Origin: a virus | DNA: 64,000 nucleotides | Virus record (IMG/VR): IMGVR_UViG_3300049889_000020 | Strand: one strand, 5' to 3' | In this document: positions 34,963 through 43,169 of the stretch, one piece after another | Numbering within the stretch: the first letter of the stretch is position 1 | How the letters are laid out: each line of letters opens with the position of its first letter | Notes under the pieces: model-generated | The model's input: the letters and a program-made list of their open reading frames with translations, nothing else | Told to the model about the DNA's origin: nothing | The model's database searches: none | Position numbers and translations under genes: made by a program

Positions 34963-35141
34963 GTGGGTGGGTCTCCCTCGTACGGTCGGTCGGAACGAGT
35001 CCAACCCTACCATGGTTGCACAGCCCCGCAACACGCGGGTTCCTGAGAGGACCCTAAGAGCGTGACCGTCCGTACACGCGCGGTAATGTCCGCTCGCTAC
35101 CGGAGCACCACCCGTTCCGGCCCCACGTAAGAGGAGATCAC

Positions 35142-35861
35142 GTGCGCGCACGCAAGACCATCCTGACCGCCGTCACGGCGGGGGCATTCCTGCTCCCCCT
35201 GGCGATCGCCGCCCCCGCCTCCGCCGACCCCGGCCCCCGCCCGCTGTGCGAGAACCACGTCAACTGCGACGCCGGCAACCGTGACCTCATCCGCGTCAAC
35301 GTCGGCATCGGCAACGGCGGCAACTGCGATCAGGACCGGCTGCTCCTGGTGCAGGTCCGGATCGACGCCGGCCGGCGCGACCAGCAGGTCTCTGACGCCC
35401 AACGTGAGGACCGCAACGCCCGAGAAGCGCTGCGCACCGCACAGAACACCTATGACTCCGCCGTCGCGGGATTCCACGCGACTCCCCCCACCGCCACCCA
35501 GGGCGACGTGAACCTGGCCAAGAATCGGCTTGACGCCGCGCAGACCAGAGCCAACACCGCCCGGCGCCACCTCGACGAGGTGCGGGAGTCCGGTCGCCTG
35601 CTCGACGCGAAGATCGCCCTGCTGACCGACCGGATCCACGGCTCCGAGTGCGCCACCCCCGCCCCGCTGCCCGTACCGGTGCCCGCGCCCGTGGACACCC
35701 CCGACCAGCCGCCCGCACCCGTAACCGACCAGCCGGCACCCCCGACGGTGATCAACAACGGCCCCATCGTCGTGACTCCCCCCAGTAACCCGCAGGTCGG
35801 CGAGGTTCCGTCGGGTCCCGCCCCCACTGGTGGTGGCGCCCTGCGCGACCAGATCTCTTGA
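35142..35861 (+). CDS. secreted coiled-coil / Pro-rich protein
   Basis: GTG 35142 with GAGGAG upstream. Signal peptide MRARKTILTAVTAGAFLLPLAIAAPASA. Confidence 0.6.
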   Translation: MRARKTILTAVTAGAFLLPLAIAAPASADPGPRPLCENHVNCDAGNRDLIRVNVGIGNGGNCDQDRLLLVQVRIDAGRRDQQVSDAQREDRNAREALRTAQNTYDSAVAGFHATPPTATQGDVNLAKNRLDAAQTRANTARRHLDEVRESGRLLDAKIALLTDRIHGSECATPAPLPVPVPAPVDTPDQPPAPVTDQPAPPTVINNGPIVVTPPSNPQVGEVPSGPAPTGGGALRDQIS

Positions 35862-36487
35862 TCCGTGGTCGCGTCGCACTGCTGTCTGCGTTAGCAGTGC
35901 TCGCCCTCGCTACCGGCTGCTCAGCGGCCGGTAGCGGGGACACCCCCCCTCCGAGCGCCCCGCCGGTTCACAACATGGCGGCACCGCCCCCGGTGCAGCC
36001 GGCCAGCATCGACATTCCCCAGATCGGGGCGCACTCGTCGCTGATACCGATCGGCATCAACCCGAAGACCAAAGAGCTGACAGAGCCCGACGTCACGCAC
36101 CCCCAGCAGGCCGCCTACTACTGCCAGACCGACGTGATCCCCGCGACGTCGTGTAAGTCCGGGGTGGTGCCCGGTCAGGCCGGTCCGTCGATCATCATCG
36201 GGCATGTTGACGGGTCGGTCGTGCACGGTGCACACCAGGAGGGGATCTTCTTTCACCTCCACGAGCTGCGCGTCGGCGACAAGATTTCAGTGACCCGCGT
36301 GGATGGCACGGTGCTCAACTACACCGTCTACCGGCTCATACAGAAGCCCAAGCCGCAGTTCCCCACCCAGGAAGTCTACGGCTACACCCCGGTATCGGAG
36401 TTGCGCCTGATCACTTGCTCCGGTCAGTTCATCGGGGGACAGTTCGGCTACGCCGACAACACCATCGTCTTTGCGAGGCTCGCCTGA
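35858..36487 (+). CDS. class F-type sortase (lipobox-anchored)
   Basis: IIIGHVDG (His), LRLITCSG (Cys), NTIVFARL (Arg). N-terminal LATGC lipobox. Confidence 0.75.
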   Translation: MIRGRVALLSALAVLALATGCSAAGSGDTPPPSAPPVHNMAAPPPVQPASIDIPQIGAHSSLIPIGINPKTKELTEPDVTHPQQAAYYCQTDVIPATSCKSGVVPGQAGPSIIIGHVDGSVVHGAHQEGIFFHLHELRVGDKISVTRVDGTVLNYTVYRLIQKPKPQFPTQEVYGYTPVSELRLITCSGQFIGGQFGYADNTIVFARLA

Positions 36488-37074
36488 TGAAGCACCGTCG
36501 CCGTCGCTCAACCACCCCGTATCTCGCTGCCCTCGCATCGGTGGGCACGGTCGCGGCGATGGTCGCGGTCCCCGCTGCCGCCACCGCCGACCCGTGCCCG
36601 GTGGGGCAGATCGTGGGCGGCAACGTGCTGTGCGAGCCCATCTTCACTCCCGGCGACGGACTGGCCGCGCCTCCCCCGCCTGGGCTGGGGGGTCCGCCGC
36701 CGCGCGCGGTGCCGGTCGTACCACCGTGCCAGCCGCCGAAGGTGCTCTCGGGTGTGCTGTGCGTCGAGGTCGGCCCGCCCGTGGCAGCGCCGCCACCTAT
36801 GGTCGTACCGCCAGCGCCGGTCGCACCCCCGGTGATGGCGCAGCCGGTTCACCGGGCACCCGTCCGGCCGGTACCGCTGCCCCGACCGCATCCGATAGTG
36901 CGCCAGCCAGTCGCGCCGCCGCGTCACGCAGCCACGCTGCCCGCGCTGACCCCGCCGGCCCCGCCGGCCCCGGTGGAGTCTGCGCCGGCCGCTCCGGTCG
37001 CCCAGGACTGCCCACCGCAGGAGGCGCTGGTGACCATTCGGGTCGCCTGGGTACCGCTGCGGGTGGGCCTCTGA
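36487..37074 (+). CDS. secreted proline-rich protein
   Basis: ATG 36487 overlaps the sortase stop. Signal peptide followed by long PPxP tracts. Confidence 0.55.
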   Translation: MKHRRRRSTTPYLAALASVGTVAAMVAVPAAATADPCPVGQIVGGNVLCEPIFTPGDGLAAPPPPGLGGPPPRAVPVVPPCQPPKVLSGVLCVEVGPPVAAPPPMVVPPAPVAPPVMAQPVHRAPVRPVPLPRPHPIVRQPVAPPRHAATLPALTPPAPPAPVESAPAAPVAQDCPPQEALVTIRVAWVPLRVGL

Positions 37075-37146
37075 CAGCCTGGCAGACGTAGGCCCCCGGT
37101 CCGGCTCTCCGCGAAAGCGCGACTCCCACCGGGGGCATCGCTTTGT

Positions 37147-37308
37147 TCAGAGCAGGTTCGGGCGCTCACTGCTGACGATGGGTGTGCCGGGTCCGAGGCC
37201 GTAGTCGGCACGGATCGCGGCGAGCGCCTGTTCGGGGCGCAGTTCCACGCGGATCCGCTGCGGGGGCAGCACGGTCATGATGTCGCGTAGCTCTGTGCAG
37301 TCGGTCAT
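37147..37308 (-). CDS. 53-aa hypothetical protein (below the ORF-track cut-off)
   Basis: MTDCTELRDIMTVLPPQRIRVELRPEQALAAIRADYGLGPGTPIVSSERPNLL; high G/C at third positions. Confidence 0.35.
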   Translation of the reverse strand: MTDCTELRDIMTVLPPQRIRVELRPEQALAAIRADYGLGPGTPIVSSERPNLL

Positions 37309-37337
37309 GCCGCAGCGTAGAACGCTGGCGCGTGTTC

Positions 37338-37417
37338 CGCAGCCCCGCAGTTAACTGGTAGAGTAGGTGTCGTTCCGGTCTACGGGGAGGCGCCATGCGT
37401 AGCGACCGCTTGTGATG
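37338..37417 (+). promoter_or_regulatory. promoter-like element plus 6-codon uORF coupled to the hydrolase gene
   Basis: CGCAGCCCCGCAG (37338-37350), TAGAGT (37359-37364), TCGTTCCGGT (37370-37379), GGGGAGG. The uORF ATG 37395 .. TGA 37413-37415 overlaps ATG 37415 (TGATG). Confidence 0.45.
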
Positions 37418-38614
37418 TCCACCGGGCACTCGATCTCGGGTGCCACCGCCGGCTACGGCGTTTGCCTGTTCTTTGAGCTGTGCAGTGGCATCAACCTCGC
37501 GTGGGGCATCCCGCACATCGTGGCCGTCATCGTCGCCGGCTGGGCCAACTGGCCCGACTGCGACACCCGGAAGTCCACCGTGACCACATCGCTGGGTGCG
37601 CTGACCATCGCACTGCATCACCTCGTCGTCACCCTGTGCGCGGTCATCTACTACGCCACCCGATCTGAAGCCGACGACCCCAAAAAGCCCGTCATCCACC
37701 GGGGCGCCACCCACACCTGGCCCGGTGCCGCGTTCATGGGCGCCCTGGTGGCCGTGATCTGCGCCGTCTGGCCGCACTGGGGCACACCCATCGTGCTGGG
37801 CATCTCCCTGCACTGGGCCGCACGCGGGCTCTACATGCCCACCAACCCCGATCGACAGCTGTCCGCCAGTCGCCTGAAAGGCAAAAGCGCGCCCCGTCGC
37901 CTGGGCATCGTCATCTACCACAACATTGGGCTAGCCCTGAAACACGTTGCCGTGAAAGCGATGCGCTCAAAGTGGGTACCGCTGCCAGGGAAGTACCTGC
38001 GCGCATCGGGCCGCTCCGGCACGGCAGCAGTGTGCATGGGCCTCGCGTTCTACCTCACGCAATTCACTGGCGGGGCCCTAGACACCCACTGGACGGGGCT
38101 GCTCGGCGCTGCCGCGACCCTGGGGTGCCTCACGCACATGCTCGGCGACTCCGTCACCGAATGCGGCATCTGCTGGCTGTTCCCGTTCAAGCACCCCCGC
38201 ACCGGTAAGCGCTGGGAGTTCGTGCACCTCCCGAAGTGGCTGGCTTTCAAGACCGGCAAGGCCTTCGAGATCGGCATCATGTACCCGCTACTCATCGCGG
38301 GGGCGTTCGTCGCCGCGCCGGGCGGCTACCCGCTGGTCGCCCGCATGGTCACCGCGTGGCGTGACGGTGCCGCCATGGCCATGGCGTTACCGTTCGGCGC
38401 ATGGCCGATGACCACAGAGACACCCGCAACGATGCCGCCGCAGCGGTGCGCAACCGTCGCACGAGCACCCCGAAGCCGTCCCGCCCCCAAGCGGTGCTCG
38501 GCGGGGGCGACACGGCCCCCGAATCAGCGCCCGTGTCGACGCCCGCCGGGTCGGCCGCGCGGTCGCGGCAGCTTGAGGTCTCAGCGGACCCGGCGTCCCC
38601 GGCGCACACCCTGA
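37415..38614 (+). CDS. membrane-bound metal-dependent hydrolase, YdjM/DUF457-like
   Basis: Motifs HRGATHTW and HMLGDSVTECG between hydrophobic helices. The last ~70 codons lie out of frame over the next gene and look non-coding. Confidence 0.55.
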   Translation: MSTGHSISGATAGYGVCLFFELCSGINLAWGIPHIVAVIVAGWANWPDCDTRKSTVTTSLGALTIALHHLVVTLCAVIYYATRSEADDPKKPVIHRGATHTWPGAAFMGALVAVICAVWPHWGTPIVLGISLHWAARGLYMPTNPDRQLSASRLKGKSAPRRLGIVIYHNIGLALKHVAVKAMRSKWVPLPGKYLRASGRSGTAAVCMGLAFYLTQFTGGALDTHWTGLLGAAATLGCLTHMLGDSVTECGICWLFPFKHPRTGKRWEFVHLPKWLAFKTGKAFEIGIMYPLLIAGAFVAAPGGYPLVARMVTAWRDGAAMAMALPFGAWPMTTETPATMPPQRCATVARAPRSRPAPKRCSAGATRPPNQRPCRRPPGRPRGRGSLRSQRTRRPRRTP

Positions 38615-38889
38615 CCGGTTCATGGATCGCGGGGCACACCACCTCAGCGGACTACGAGCCAGCCAAGGACGACGCTTACTACTCCTGGTATCCGGAAGGT
38701 TGCCAGCAGCCGTCGTGCCGGAAGCTGTGGAACCGTGGCCAGCACGTGCTGCGCAGCGTTTATGCCCGCTACGGCGGTGACGACGCCCCCAACACTCCGG
38801 AGACGGCGATGCCCGTGAATGAACCCGGCGGGGGCCTGCTCAGTGAGGCGCGCGGAACCCAGTCGCTGGGCGCGGGCGTCGGAGTCTAA
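38401..38889 (+). CDS. hypothetical protein
   Basis: Strong codon bias from ATG 38401; 162 aa. Confidence 0.5.
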   Translation: MADDHRDTRNDAAAAVRNRRTSTPKPSRPQAVLGGGDTAPESAPVSTPAGSAARSRQLEVSADPASPAHTLTGSWIAGHTTSADYEPAKDDAYYSWYPEGCQQPSCRKLWNRGQHVLRSVYARYGGDDAPNTPETAMPVNEPGGGLLSEARGTQSLGAGVGV

Positions 38890-39492
38890 GTGGCCCTGGT
38901 TGTCACTGTTCAGCAGGTCAACGACTACCTGTCGAACCCCCCGTGGAGCGCGCATCAGACTGCTACGTGCGCGCTGCTACTCGCACGCCGCCAGACGGAC
39001 TTAGAACGGTGGATGCGCTGCCCCATCGACCCCGTGGAGCGCACCGAGGTAGTGCCGATCCTGCGGCGCACGGGGATCGTGGCGGCCAGCGCCCCAGTGT
39101 TCCGGGTCATCGACATCGACGGGGTGACAGCTGGTGGGTCGGCCACCTATGGGATGTCCCTACCCGCGCCGTACTCGTGGCGTGAGGAGGGCTGGATCGG
39201 TGTTCCGGTCGCCCCCGACACTCTGGCCTACACCTCACGCCCGTTTTCCCTGACCACCCCCCAGGACTACGACCAGCGGATCACGCTGCACTACATGGCC
39301 GGCTGGGGGCCGGTCGGTGACATCGTGGGGGCGATCGTCGACAAGGTGGGCGCGACGATGCTCAACCGTCACGACGACACAGTCGTTGCCCGCGCGCTGG
39401 ACGCGAAAGAGCCACCCGCGCTGAAAGAGGGCTGGACTGACGACGAACTGCTGATGCTGCGGTCCCGGCGACGGTTACGGACCAGCGGATGA
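38890..39492 (+). CDS. putative head-tail connector / adaptor
   Basis: First gene of the collinear tail-proximal block. N-terminus VVTVQQVNDYLSNP is reminiscent of gp6-like connectors. Confidence 0.35.
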   Translation: MALVVTVQQVNDYLSNPPWSAHQTATCALLLARRQTDLERWMRCPIDPVERTEVVPILRRTGIVAASAPVFRVIDIDGVTAGGSATYGMSLPAPYSWREEGWIGVPVAPDTLAYTSRPFSLTTPQDYDQRITLHYMAGWGPVGDIVGAIVDKVGATMLNRHDDTVVARALDAKEPPALKEGWTDDELLMLRSRRRLRTSG

Positions 39493-39974
39493 TCCGGGTT
39501 AGCATCGAGGGCCTGGATCAGGTGCGCCGCAACCTCGAAGAGATGCGGGCACGGTCGACGGAGCTGTCCCCGGCGTGGGAGGAGTTCTTAACGTGGTGGG
39601 CGGTGACCAACGTTGAGCAGTTCAACTCACGCGGGGCCCGCTGGCGCACCCCGTGGGCACCATTGATGCCGGCCACGATCGCGCAGAAGCGCGGTCAGGG
39701 GTTCCTCAGTGAGCCGCTGGTGCGCACGACGTCGATGCGCTCGGAGTTGACGCGGCGCCCGCTGGGCGTGGAGCACATCCGGGCTCACGAGGTCGAGGCC
39801 GGCACTGACATCTCTTACGCGCACTTCCACCAGTCCGGTACTCGCCGGATGAAGGCCCGCCGGCTGATCAACGCTCACCAGGTCGCCGCTGAGGGGGCGG
39901 CGAGTTCGACGGTGCTCACGTGGATTATCGACGGGGTGCCCAACACGGGCGGTTCTAGGAAGCTGGAGCGGTGA
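39489..39974 (+). CDS. phage virion morphogenesis (tail completion, P2 gpS / Mu gpG-like) protein
   Basis: Pattern LSPAWEEFL...FNSRGARW...PL.PATIAQKRG...VEAGTDISYAHFHQSG. Confidence 0.55.
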   Translation: MIRVSIEGLDQVRRNLEEMRARSTELSPAWEEFLTWWAVTNVEQFNSRGARWRTPWAPLMPATIAQKRGQGFLSEPLVRTTSMRSELTRRPLGVEHIRAHEVEAGTDISYAHFHQSGTRRMKARRLINAHQVAAEGAASSTVLTWIIDGVPNTGGSRKLER

Positions 39975-39976
39975 CC

Positions 39977-40306
39977 ATGTGCCCCTTCTGTGAACGCATC
40001 GCCGCCGGACAGTTCTCCCCGGTGACGGCGAACTCTTACGCGGTGGTCTTCGAGCCGCTGAACCCGGTCGTTGCGGGACACCTACTGGTGGTGTCGCGCC
40101 GGCACATCATTGACGCCACGTCGGACCCGTTCACCACGGCGAAGGTGATGGAGCTGGCGGCGACGATCGCCCGTGGCTGGGGCGACGCCAATATCATCAC
40201 GTCGATCGGTTCGGCCGCCACCCAGACCGTGCCGCACCTCCATGCACATCTGGTGCCCCGCTACGACGGGGACGGCCTGAAGCTGCCCTGGAGCGACCAG
40301 CTGTGA
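39977..40306 (+). CDS. HIT-family (histidine triad) nucleotide hydrolase/transferase
   Basis: MCPFCERI... and the histidine triad VPHLHAHLVPR. ATG 39977 with GGAG 9 nt upstream (the track starts at GTG 39971). Confidence 0.8.
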   Translation: MCPFCERIAAGQFSPVTANSYAVVFEPLNPVVAGHLLVVSRRHIIDATSDPFTTAKVMELAATIARGWGDANIITSIGSAATQTVPHLHAHLVPRYDGDGLKLPWSDQL

Positions 40307-40935
40307 CCGTGCCGTCTGAGCATGGTGCGATCGCCGTGCGGGATCAGGTGGCGAACCTGCTCATCGCTGATCTGCCGGGCCGGATCGCGGGCATGGTGCA
40401 CTTGTGGGCGCTGGGTGAGAAGGAGATCCCCACCCCGGACATGATCACTTCGGGGGAGGCGGCGGACAACGCGCTGGATCACCGGGGTGACACCTGGGTC
40501 GAGGTCATCACCCCCAGGCTGATGCCCCGCACCCGTGCGATGGGCCTGAACAACCTGGGCTACATGATCTACCGTTACCGCTACACCGCGCGGATCTACG
40601 TCTGGGTGCTGTCGAAGGAATGGAAGACCACCCTGGATCAGCGTGACCGGCTCGCCGCCGCGTGCCGTGACTCACTGATGACCTACCCGACACTGGCGCC
40701 GCCGCCGGCTTTCGGGGACACCGGGTTCCTGCTCAATCCCGCCACGATCTCCGAGGAGTCATCGGAGCCGGTGCGGCTGAAGACCACCCACGTCCGGGCC
40801 GCCGCGCTGTTGGCTTACGAGATCGACCACGAGTACCCCTCCGGGATCCCCTCGACCCTGCCGGACCTGGGGACGTTCGACACGTTGGATCTGCGCGTCA
40901 CCCTCGTCCCGTTCACGCACCCGATCGGAGCTTGA
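40303..40935 (+). CDS. hypothetical virion protein (neck/tail terminator position)
   Basis: GTGA coupling. Located between the tail-completion and sheath genes. Confidence 0.4.
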   Translation: MTVPSEHGAIAVRDQVANLLIADLPGRIAGMVHLWALGEKEIPTPDMITSGEAADNALDHRGDTWVEVITPRLMPRTRAMGLNNLGYMIYRYRYTARIYVWVLSKEWKTTLDQRDRLAAACRDSLMTYPTLAPPPAFGDTGFLLNPATISEESSEPVRLKTTHVRAAALLAYEIDHEYPSGIPSTLPDLGTFDTLDLRVTLVPFTHPIGA

Positions 40936-40938
40936 CCG

Positions 40939-41145
40939 ATGGCCACCGCGAGTAAGAAGTCCACCCCCAGCACTTTGATCAACCCCGGTAAGGCGGGCGT
41001 GGTCTACACCGATGCCGGGGACAGTCTCGGCGGCGGGGAGCGCGTCGAGGTCGCCGAGGTCGACGACGTGGGGCGCACCGCGCTGGACACGGGACAGCTA
41101 CTGCTGGCCCCACCGAAGGCTGACGGCGCGTCGCGGACTGACTAG
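40939..41145 (+). CDS. hypothetical protein
   Basis: 68-aa ORF directly upstream of the sheath gene. Confidence 0.4.
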   Translation: MATASKKSTPSTLINPGKAGVVYTDAGDSLGGGERVEVAEVDDVGRTALDTGQLLLAPPKADGASRTD

Positions 41146-41195
41146 GCCCTTCGCGATGCGATGATCCGCCCCGTGTCCACATCCGGGAGGGCCGC

Positions 41196-42659
41196 ATGGC
41201 TGTAGGTGTCACCGTCACCCGCACCGCTGCGGCCGGCTCACTGTTCCCCATCCCCGTACCGAGCGCGTCCTACTTCGTAGTAGGGCTGGCTGCACGCGGG
41301 TCGGCCACCGATGTGGCGCGCGTGACGTCACTGGCACAGTTCGAGGCCACCTTCGGCACCCGACCGTCCTACGGCAACCTCTACGACGACGTCGCGATGT
41401 TCTTCGCTGAGGGCGGCGGGGAGGCCTACGTCGCTCGTGTCGTCGGCCCGGCCGCCACCCAGGGCTCCCTGGGGACGCCGCTGGTCGACCGGGCTGGGAC
41501 GCCGCTGTCAACGTTGCAGGTGACCGCCAAGGGCCCCGGCTCGTGGTCCTCAGACGTCACGGTGCAGATCCTCGCGGGCACGGTGCCCAACACGTTCATC
41601 CTCTCGATCCTTTATCTCGGGATCGAAGTGGAGCGTTACGCCAACCTGTCTTCCCCGCAGGACGCGGTCACCAAAACCGCCGGCAGCTCGTGGGTCGCGG
41701 TCACCGACCTCGCGTCGGCCACAGTGGCGCCGAACAACAACCCGGCCGTCGTCGGCCCGGTCGCGCTGGGCGCGGGCACCGATGACCGCAGCTCGGTCAA
41801 CGCCGCCTCACTGGTCACCGCCCTGGCCCGCTTCGGTCCCCAGTACGGGGACGGCGCCGTGGCCATCCCCGGTGGTGGCGACGCCACCCACGCCGGGCTG
41901 ATCTCACACGCGAAGCAAAACAACCGTCTCGCGATCCTGGTGTCCGCGCGCGGGTCGACGGCCACCCAGCTCGCCACCCTGGCCGCGTCCTACGACTCCG
42001 AGTACGCGGGACTGTTCGGCCCGTGGGTGCAGACCCGCGACGCTTTCGGCGGCCTGTCCTCCATTCCGTGTGACGGCTACATCGCGGCTGTGCGGGCACG
42101 GGCGCACCGCGACGTCGGACCGTGGCAGGCCCCAGCGGGTGACCGCGCCCGCTCGGTCGTGGTGGTGGCCCCGGATCAGATCTTCGACTCCGCCACCTCC
42201 AATGCCCTGGAGGACGCGAAGGTCTCCCCGATCCTGCCGGTGTCCGGTGGGGTCCGGCTCTACGGCTGGCGGTCGCTGTCTTCCGACATCGCCAACTGGC
42301 GGCTGCTCACCGGCATTGACGTCATCAACCGCATCGTCGTCGCCTCCCAGCAAGCCCTGGATCCGATGGTGTTCTCCACCATCGACGCGCGGGGGCACCT
42401 GCTGGCCCGCGTCGAGGGCGCCCTGACGGGGCTCGTGCTGCCGATGGCTGACGCTGGCGGGCTCTACCCGTGGATCGACGCCGACCCGCTGGGCGGTACC
42501 CCGATCGAACGTGACCCCGGCTTCTCGATCACCACTGACCCCAGCCGGGAGGTGGCCAGCGCGAACATGGTGCAGGCGACGTGCGCGGTGCGGGTTTCCC
42601 CCACGGGGGCGTTGATCGCGCTCACCGTCACCAAGGTCGGCGTGACCCGGCGATTCTGA
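41196..42659 (+). CDS. contractile tail sheath protein
   Basis: 487 aa. The C-terminal pattern VSPILPVSGGVRLYGWRSLS...INRIVVASQQALDPMVFSTID...LTGLVLPMADAGGLY is typical of sheath proteins. Followed by a tube-sized gene. Confidence 0.7.
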   Translation: MAVGVTVTRTAAAGSLFPIPVPSASYFVVGLAARGSATDVARVTSLAQFEATFGTRPSYGNLYDDVAMFFAEGGGEAYVARVVGPAATQGSLGTPLVDRAGTPLSTLQVTAKGPGSWSSDVTVQILAGTVPNTFILSILYLGIEVERYANLSSPQDAVTKTAGSSWVAVTDLASATVAPNNNPAVVGPVALGAGTDDRSSVNAASLVTALARFGPQYGDGAVAIPGGGDATHAGLISHAKQNNRLAILVSARGSTATQLATLAASYDSEYAGLFGPWVQTRDAFGGLSSIPCDGYIAAVRARAHRDVGPWQAPAGDRARSVVVVAPDQIFDSATSNALEDAKVSPILPVSGGVRLYGWRSLSSDIANWRLLTGIDVINRIVVASQQALDPMVFSTIDARGHLLARVEGALTGLVLPMADAGGLYPWIDADPLGGTPIERDPGFSITTDPSREVASANMVQATCAVRVSPTGALIALTVTKVGVTRRF

Positions 42660-42670
42660 GGAGTAGGTAG

Positions 42671-43084
42671 ATGAAGGCTGCGGCACGTCAATTCTTGGTC
42701 ACGGTGGCCGCCTTGGGCTCCCGGACGTTCACCGAGCAGACCGGCGGTGAGAAGAAGTCCGATGTGACGAAGTGGCGCGACGGTGGGGCGATCTCCAGCG
42801 ACAACATTTTCTCCCCCCCGGAGACGTCGGATGTGGTGGTGAAAAACGCCTACGACTCCGATGTTGACGGCGCGATGCTGTCCAACCTGCTGGGGCAGGT
42901 GGGGGTGCTGTCGACCACGATCACTAAGGTGCCGCTGTTCGGGGATATGTCCCGGATCGCTGGGGTGAAGCCGTTCGTCTACACCGGGGCGGTGCTGTCC
43001 GGGGTGAAGCTCCCCGACGTCAACGCCAACTCCGGTGAGGCCGCCACCTACGAGCTGACCTTCGCGGTGAACAACCTGAGTTAG
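42671..43084 (+). CDS. tail tube protein
   Basis: 137 aa immediately after the sheath gene, with GAGGAG upstream. Confidence 0.55.
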   Translation: MKAAARQFLVTVAALGSRTFTEQTGGEKKSDVTKWRDGGAISSDNIFSPPETSDVVVKNAYDSDVDGAMLSNLLGQVGVLSTTITKVPLFGDMSRIAGVKPFVYTGAVLSGVKLPDVNANSGEAATYELTFAVNNLS

Positions 43085-43101
43085 CCGCCTGCGGGCGGTG
43101 C

Positions 43102-43137
43102 GGGCCGGTCTCGGCTTCACAGGGGCGAGACCGGCCC
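43102..43137 (+). terminator. hairpin after the sheath/tube genes
   Basis: 12-bp stem GGGCCGGTCTCG/CGAGACCGGCCC with a 12-nt loop. Confidence 0.5.
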
Positions 43138-43169
43138 GGACCGTCTGACCGCCCCTGTGAGGAGATCGC

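Noticed and set aside
35780-35861. C-terminal PSGPAPTGGGALRDQIS of the secreted protein as a sortase sorting signal
   Set aside because: It is not LPXTG/LAXTG and has no following hydrophobic segment or basic tail. It is mentioned only as a possibility in the sortase finding.
37309-37414. LexA/SOS box upstream of the YdjM-like gene (E. coli ydjM is SOS-regulated)
   Set aside because: No TCGAAC-N4-GTTCGA-type actinobacterial LexA box is visible. The region instead carries the element-specific CGCAGCCCCGC and CGTTCCGG motifs.
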